From NCBI GenBank assembly GCA_023247475.1, contig JAHFGK010000003.1, forward strand, positions 1 to 41,148: DNA of 41,148 bases, read 5' to 3'. Positions 37,244 through 41,148 of the stretch are shown here, in pieces; position 1 is the first letter of the stretch, and each line of letters begins with the position of its first letter. Both the position numbers and the translations under genes were made by a program. Origin of the DNA: Candidatus Omnitrophota bacterium (GTDB taxonomy: Bacteria; Omnitrophota; Gorgyraeia; Zapsychrales; JAHFGK01). The notes under the pieces are model-generated. The model worked only from the letters and a program-made list of their open reading frames with translations, was not told the DNA's origin and searched no databases.

Positions 37244-39628
37244 GTGAAACTCAATAACCGCATTCTTCCGATATCGGTGCTTGTTTTAGCCAGTTTGGGG
37301 ATTTTAACCTCCCATTCTTCCTTGGCTCAGGAGGTTGCGGGTGCGCCATTTGAATGCAGTTATCAAGAGCCCCCGCAAGGAGACGGCGGCGGCGCTAGCC
37401 TAGACACTACTCCAGACTCCCTGGGTGCCCAGAGAATCATGGTCATTAAAGTCTTGCCAGAAGGAACCACTGAAGAACCCAATATCTCAACCGATGAAAT
37501 CGTTAAGATGATAACCAAGATTGGGGACTCCTATCGGGAAGATTCTTATAACCAGATGTGGTTTGTCGGTGCGAATAACACTCCTTTCAGCAGTAAAGAC
37601 GTCTATCCTCAAGTCGGGTCTTATCCTATCACTGTTGGTGAATATGTGTGTGACAAGAATTTATACAAAAAATGTGACGGACTCGATGACGCAACCACCT
37701 GTATCAACGCTGGAACAACCTCGGAAGGTCAATGCAAGGTAATTTGTGATGCGGTGAGCAAACTCACTCAAGCCGCTGTCAATGCTGCCCAAAATGATTT
37801 TACCTCCCCCCTTAATCCTGACCAAAATACTCAAATTGTCATTATAGCCGGTCAATGCCTTCTCACAAGAGGTGCTGTGGCTCTCCCAGGTGGTGTTTTA
37901 CAAGGGAATATAGAATCTATTTTCACTCTATCGTCCGATCATAGTAGCATTACCCATGAACTGGGCCATAATTTCGGCATGAATCATGCGGGTTATCGTC
38001 AGTGCACGGAAGGCCAGAACATCAATGATTGTCCTTTGAGGAGTGCCTACTCCGATCTTTATGATTTTATGGGGAGTGGGCCTTATTTTGCCGACAGCAC
38101 TGCTTTTTTAAAAGAAAAGGTCTTTTGGTTGACACCCACAGGTCAACACCAAATCCTGGATATCACCCCGCAACTTTCTGGAACAACTCAGTATCTTGAT
38201 TCTTTGGAAAAACAATCCCCGGGATTAAAAGCCCTGAAATTCCAAAGGGACCAAGAGGGCCGATTAAAAAGTCATATGTACATCGAATGGCGGGGGCTGG
38301 AAGAAGTTAACAATATTTACCGTACTAGAACCAATGTCCGGGATGGTGTTCTTCTGCATGTGGCGCCTGACAAAGAAGATGTCTTTAGATATGGAATGGA
38401 TGTTTCTTTGTTTGATCCCTTCTCGTTTGTGTCACAATTGGATGCGGCTCTTCCCTACAATACTTCTTATACTGACCCCGGCTCTGGGACAGTGATTACC
38501 GTTGGGCCTGATCCCAGAGGTATCCCTAACGCTAAACTGGAAGTCACCGTAAATTTAGGACGCACAGATTTTAAAGGACCCGTGATTGGCCAGCTTCATG
38601 TTGAGGAACTGGAACCCTGTGTGGCCGACATCTGGCCTGATCTTAGTGATGACAGCGGGATTTCCCGGGTTGTTTTTTATTATGCCCAAAACATGTTAGA
38701 TACTGACCCAGTGATTGGAGAATCCACCCAGCCGCCGTTTAAGTTGCATTTTGACATCCGGACCAGGAAAAGACCGATCTGGTTTAGGGTTTATGACAAC
38801 GCCAAACAACAAGGTGGAGTCAACGAAAACAATTCAACGGACAGTCCAGCCATGACCTTTCGCCTCCAACAATCCTGCCCTTACAGCGATAAAGCAGATC
38901 AGCTGCCTTCTGTTATTACAGTGACATCGTTAAGATCCGACTTTTCTCTGTCGACACTAGATATGGATCCGCCTGGTGATTCCTTTTATGACTCTTATTA
39001 CTACTTCTACCGCCCCCAAATCAATTTAAGAACACCAGTTGAGTTTCAGATTGAGATAGCAGATATAAATTTAATCCGACTGATAAAAATGACAGTCACG
39101 AGTACTACAGATTTTTCCTCTAATTGCCCCACTTATTGTAGTTCATGTGCTCCTTACAGTTCAACTGAGGATGCGTGTTACCTCCCATATTTCCATAGTT
39201 TCTCTTTGCCCCCAATTCCCAACAAATCTTTCCAGACACATATTCCATTCAGCCCTGGAAATTATCAGTTATATATTAAGGTAGAAGATAATAAGACTAG
39301 TTTGACAAGGTTATTCCTAGTAGCCCTCCACATTCTCCCGCCCATCTTCACCCGCGGCGACGCCAATGATGACGGCAGGGTCGACATCTCCGATGCCACT
39401 CGCATTCTGGAATTCCTCTTTTCGGATCCAAGCAAAAAACCCGTTTGTATGGACGCCGCCGATGTTAATGATAACGGAGCGGTCGATATCTCGGATGCGA
39501 TTTCGCTTCTGGGCTTTCTTTTTACTGGGCAATCCCCCCAGCCGCCCGCCCCTTTCCTCCAATGCGGCGAAGACCCAACCGCCGACACCCTCCCCGACTG
39601 CCAAAGCATTGTGTGCCGAGAAAATTAA
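37244..39628 (+). CDS. Secreted zinc metalloprotease (metzincin, reprolysin/M12B-like HExxHxxGxxH) with C-terminal dockerin-like repeats
   Basis: 794 aa. The GTG start is preceded by AGGAAAGGA. The signal peptide is ILPISVLVLASLGILTSHSSLAQE. The zinc motif is HELGHNFGMNHAG. The two calcium-binding dockerin-type repeats are GDANDDGRVDISDATRILEFLF and ADVNDNGAVDISDAISLLGFLF. The C-terminus is a Cys-containing tail. Confidence 0.8.
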   Translation: MKLNNRILPISVLVLASLGILTSHSSLAQEVAGAPFECSYQEPPQGDGGGASLDTTPDSLGAQRIMVIKVLPEGTTEEPNISTDEIVKMITKIGDSYREDSYNQMWFVGANNTPFSSKDVYPQVGSYPITVGEYVCDKNLYKKCDGLDDATTCINAGTTSEGQCKVICDAVSKLTQAAVNAAQNDFTSPLNPDQNTQIVIIAGQCLLTRGAVALPGGVLQGNIESIFTLSSDHSSITHELGHNFGMNHAGYRQCTEGQNINDCPLRSAYSDLYDFMGSGPYFADSTAFLKEKVFWLTPTGQHQILDITPQLSGTTQYLDSLEKQSPGLKALKFQRDQEGRLKSHMYIEWRGLEEVNNIYRTRTNVRDGVLLHVAPDKEDVFRYGMDVSLFDPFSFVSQLDAALPYNTSYTDPGSGTVITVGPDPRGIPNAKLEVTVNLGRTDFKGPVIGQLHVEELEPCVADIWPDLSDDSGISRVVFYYAQNMLDTDPVIGESTQPPFKLHFDIRTRKRPIWFRVYDNAKQQGGVNENNSTDSPAMTFRLQQSCPYSDKADQLPSVITVTSLRSDFSLSTLDMDPPGDSFYDSYYYFYRPQINLRTPVEFQIEIADINLIRLIKMTVTSTTDFSSNCPTYCSSCAPYSSTEDACYLPYFHSFSLPPIPNKSFQTHIPFSPGNYQLYIKVEDNKTSLTRLFLVALHILPPIFTRGDANDDGRVDISDATRILEFLFSDPSKKPVCMDAADVNDNGAVDISDAISLLGFLFTGQSPQPPAPFLQCGEDPTADTLPDCQSIVCREN

Positions 39629-39792
39629 TTCGAAATTAATTCGGGACACATCTTAAATGTTCCCTCCATCGATAAGAAAAATGAATTTTTCTTTGCTATC
39701 GTCTGAGAATGGGTAAATGTTTAGCTGATCGAGGTAAATGTTTGAGAGCAAAATTTGGGAATTTTCATTGTCTCATCGAGGTTACTTTATTC

Positions 39793-40011
39793 TCCTTCGC
39801 CGAAAACCCCGGACTTCAGTCCGGGGATGAAGGCGAAAGGAGAACTGCTGCGAAGCCCAACGCGAAAGCAATTGGGCGAAGCAGAGTTTGGTCCGCCTTC
39901 GCCAAGGCTTCGGCTAGATCTCTGCGAAGCTTTAGCGAAGCAGGACTTCGGAGCAATGAACCTCCAGGAAACTCCTCAAAGATACCCCGCTTTACTGCGG
40001 GGAGGTTCATT
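39793..40011 (+). other. 219-nt GC-rich, stem-loop-dense insertion (candidate structured ncRNA / cis-regulatory RNA, or a MITE/REP-like element)
   Basis: My count gives 122 of 219 G+C (56%), against 42 of 120 (35%) for leader positions 37021-37140. It contains multiple perfect stems with GAAA and UUCG tetraloops, detailed in the findings. The boundaries are ambiguous by 1-2 nt. Confidence 0.6.
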
Positions 40012-40017
40012 CCGCTA

Positions 40018-40033
40018 AGGGATTGTGCTTGCA
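40018..40033 (+). promoter_or_regulatory. Promoter-like element, copy B (same sequence as 37153-37168)
   Basis: aGGgattgtgcTTGCa is identical to copy A. In copy B it lies immediately downstream of the 219-nt insertion. Confidence 0.3.
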
Positions 40034-40106
40034 TAGAGCCTTACGTATATGTCATACTTTTACCATGAAATCATTTTTTACCAAGGAGCTTAGGAAAGGA
40101 TTAACC

Positions 40107-41148
40107 GTGAAACTCAATAACCGCATTCTTCTGATATCGGTGCTTGTTTTAGCCAGTTTGGGGATTTTAACCTCCCATTCTTCCTTGGCGCAGGATGTCC
40201 CGAATGCGCCATTCGTATGCGGTTATCAGGAACCGCAAGCAGGAGACGGCGGCGGCGCTGGTCAACCGATCGGCTCTCTGGGTCCCCAGAGGATCGTTGT
40301 CATGAAGGTCATCCCGGAAGGAACCACCGAAGAGCCTAACATCTCCACCCCCGCGATCGTTGAGATGATAAAAAATATTGGCGATGCTTATTACGAAGAT
40401 TCTTATCACCAGATGTGGTTTGTCGGTGCGAATGGGAATCCTTTCAGCAGTCTCGATGTCTACCCTCAAGTCGGGTCTTATCGGGTGGCGAATGTCGGCG
40501 CCTATCGCTGCGAAAGAAATCTTAAGAAGGAATGCCAAGGACTCAACGACACAACCACCTGCCTCAACGACGCTACAACCTCGGAAGGCCAATGCAAAGT
40601 CTTTTGTGATGAGGTCAGCAAACTCACTTCCGCCGCGGTCACCGCCGCCCAAAATGATCTGACCTTCAATCCCGGTGAAAGTACTCAGATTGTCATGATC
40701 GTCGGCCAATGCCTTTCTACAGGACTTGCTATAGCAGGCGGAGTTTACCAAAGTAATATCAAATCTATTTTCACTCTATCGTCCGATCATAGGAGCATTG
40801 CCCATGAACTGGGCCATAATTTCGGCATGAATCATGCGGGTTATCGTCAGTGCACGGAAGGCCAGAACATCAATGATTGTCCTCTGCGAGGTGCCTACAG
40901 CGATATCTATGATTTTATGGGGGGTGGACCTTATATTGCCGATAACACGGCTTTTTTAAAGGAAAAGGTTGCCTGGCTGACACCCGGGGGTCAGCATCAG
41001 ATCCTTGAGGTCACAGCGGGAAATTCCGGCCAACCCCAATATCTCAACCCATTGGAAAGTGAGGCCCCGGGATTAAAAGCCCTGAAATTCCAAAGGGACC
41101 ATGAGGGCCGATTAAAAAATCATATGTACATCGAATGGCGGGGGTTGG
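40107..41148 (+). CDS. Paralogous secreted zinc metalloprotease; 3' end runs off the window
   Basis: Absent from the ORF track because it has no stop in the window. My translation from the GTG at 40107 is VKLNNRILLISVLVLASLGILTSHSSLAQDVPNAPFVCGYQEP...SDHRSIAHELGHNFGMNHAGYRQCTEGQNINDCPL...HMYIEWRGL. The SD and GTG context match copy A. An in-frame ATG at 40065 is an alternative start. Confidence 0.8.
   Translation, partial: MKLNNRILLISVLVLASLGILTSHSSLAQDVPNAPFVCGYQEPQAGDGGGAGQPIGSLGPQRIVVMKVIPEGTTEEPNISTPAIVEMIKNIGDAYYEDSYHQMWFVGANGNPFSSLDVYPQVGSYRVANVGAYRCERNLKKECQGLNDTTTCLNDATTSEGQCKVFCDEVSKLTSAAVTAAQNDLTFNPGESTQIVMIVGQCLSTGLAIAGGVYQSNIKSIFTLSSDHRSIAHELGHNFGMNHAGYRQCTEGQNINDCPLRGAYSDIYDFMGGGPYIADNTAFLKEKVAWLTPGGQHQILEVTAGNSGQPQYLNPLESEAPGLKALKFQRDHEGRLKNHMYIEWRGL

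Larger units (their letters stand above)
39654..40106 (+). repeat. Leader repeat copy B (as copy A but interrupted by a 219-nt insertion)
   Basis: 39654-39792 aligns to 37010-37147 and 40012-40106 aligns to 37148-37243. The segment 39793-40011 has no counterpart in copy A. Confidence 0.9.

Noticed and set aside
39265-39656. Three overlapping ORFs (39265..39609 -, 39317..39649 -, 39366..39656 +) at the 3' end of the protease gene.
   Set aside because: They overlap the GC-rich dockerin-coding segment, where stop codons are rare in all frames. The dockerin repeats in the annotated frame are unambiguous.
40001-40013. The tRNA T-loop-like string GGAGGTTCATTCC at the right end of the insert, and the related string at 39950-39965, as a tRNA or tRNA-derived element.
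   Set aside because: No acceptor stem, D-arm or anticodon arm can be drawn around it. The stem and loop lengths do not fit a T-arm.
39709-40068. ORF-track ORFs spanning leader copy B and the 219-nt insert (39709..40068 +, 39755..40018 +, 39816..40034 -). A possible upstream peptide MGKCLADRGKCLRAK... starts at 37065 in copy A and 39709 in copy B.
   Set aside because: The two leader copies differ by a 1-nt indel (aaaattggg versus aaaatttggg) after codon 15, so the downstream reading frames are unrelated: a 43-aa product in A and 119 aa in B. There is no convincing RBS. The long ORFs in B exist only because the GC-rich insert lacks stop codons. The repeated GKCL simply reflects the GGTAAATGTTT DNA repeats.
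37010-40106. The repeated leader sequences as a CRISPR array or other short-period repeat array.
   Set aside because: There are only two copies, about 2.6 kb apart, each upstream of a paralogous gene. The internal 11-nt repeats occur only twice per copy. No cas genes are present.
40167-40751. 194-aa minus-strand ORF antisense to paralog B, and the similar 37661..37855 ORF antisense to paralog A.
   Set aside because: Both lie fully inside, and antisense to, CDSs that have strong signal-peptide and HExxH evidence. Their translations are low-complexity and carry no motifs. The longer one in B is explained by the locally higher GC.
37244-41148. The variable/conserved mosaic between the protease paralogs as a diversity-generating retroelement (TR/VR) system.
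   Set aside because: Differences between the copies are not confined to adenine positions, are spread over hundreds of nt and include indels. No reverse transcriptase or accessory gene is present in the window.

Overview
This is a bacterial chromosomal window of about 41 kb. Genes at 1-36901 all lie on the minus strand; from about 37.2 kb they switch to the plus strand. No rRNA, tRNA, CRISPR array, transposase, integrase or clear intrinsic terminator was found.

Content in window order:
- **1-8673:** a nucleotide-sugar / surface-polysaccharide cluster. It holds a GHMP sugar kinase, a B12-binding radical SAM enzyme, two SDR epimerase/reductases, a split TPP-dependent enzyme, a decayed UDP-glucuronate decarboxylase, and two nucleotide-sugar dehydrogenases.
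- **8793-11860:** lptD and a ROK kinase.
- **12111-20469:** a tightly coupled five-gene cassette. It encodes an Aas-like acyltransferase/acyl-ACP synthetase, an MLE-subgroup enolase-superfamily enzyme, a GH3-like adenylating enzyme, a polytopic membrane protein, and a membrane-anchored CocE/NonD hydrolase. I read it as a candidate uncharacterised lipid / N-acyl-amino-acid pathway.
- **20543-23953:** two tandem GAF/GGDEF cyclases and an orphan MalK-type ABC ATPase.
- **24051-26976:** housekeeping genes accD, DUF1015, VanZ and FmdB.
- **27006-36901:** heat-shock loci. These are hrcA-grpE-dnaK-dnaJ with a consensus promoter plus CIRCE, and an HspR-like MerR gene followed by clpB with its own CIRCE-like palindrome.
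- **37010-41148:** a tandemly duplicated unit of about 2.6 kb. Each copy has a conserved repeat-rich leader plus a secreted metzincin-type zinc protease; copy A ends in dockerin-like repeats, and copy B is cut off by the window before its C-terminus.

The most unusual signal is a 219-nt element that interrupts only the second leader copy. It is 56% GC against about 35% in the flanks, and it is dense in stem-loops with GNRA and UUCG tetraloops. It could be a structured RNA or a MITE/REP-like element.

All functional calls rest on motif recognition by eye. No database search was run. Taxonomy cannot be fixed from the sequence, beyond lptD implying a diderm bacterium.
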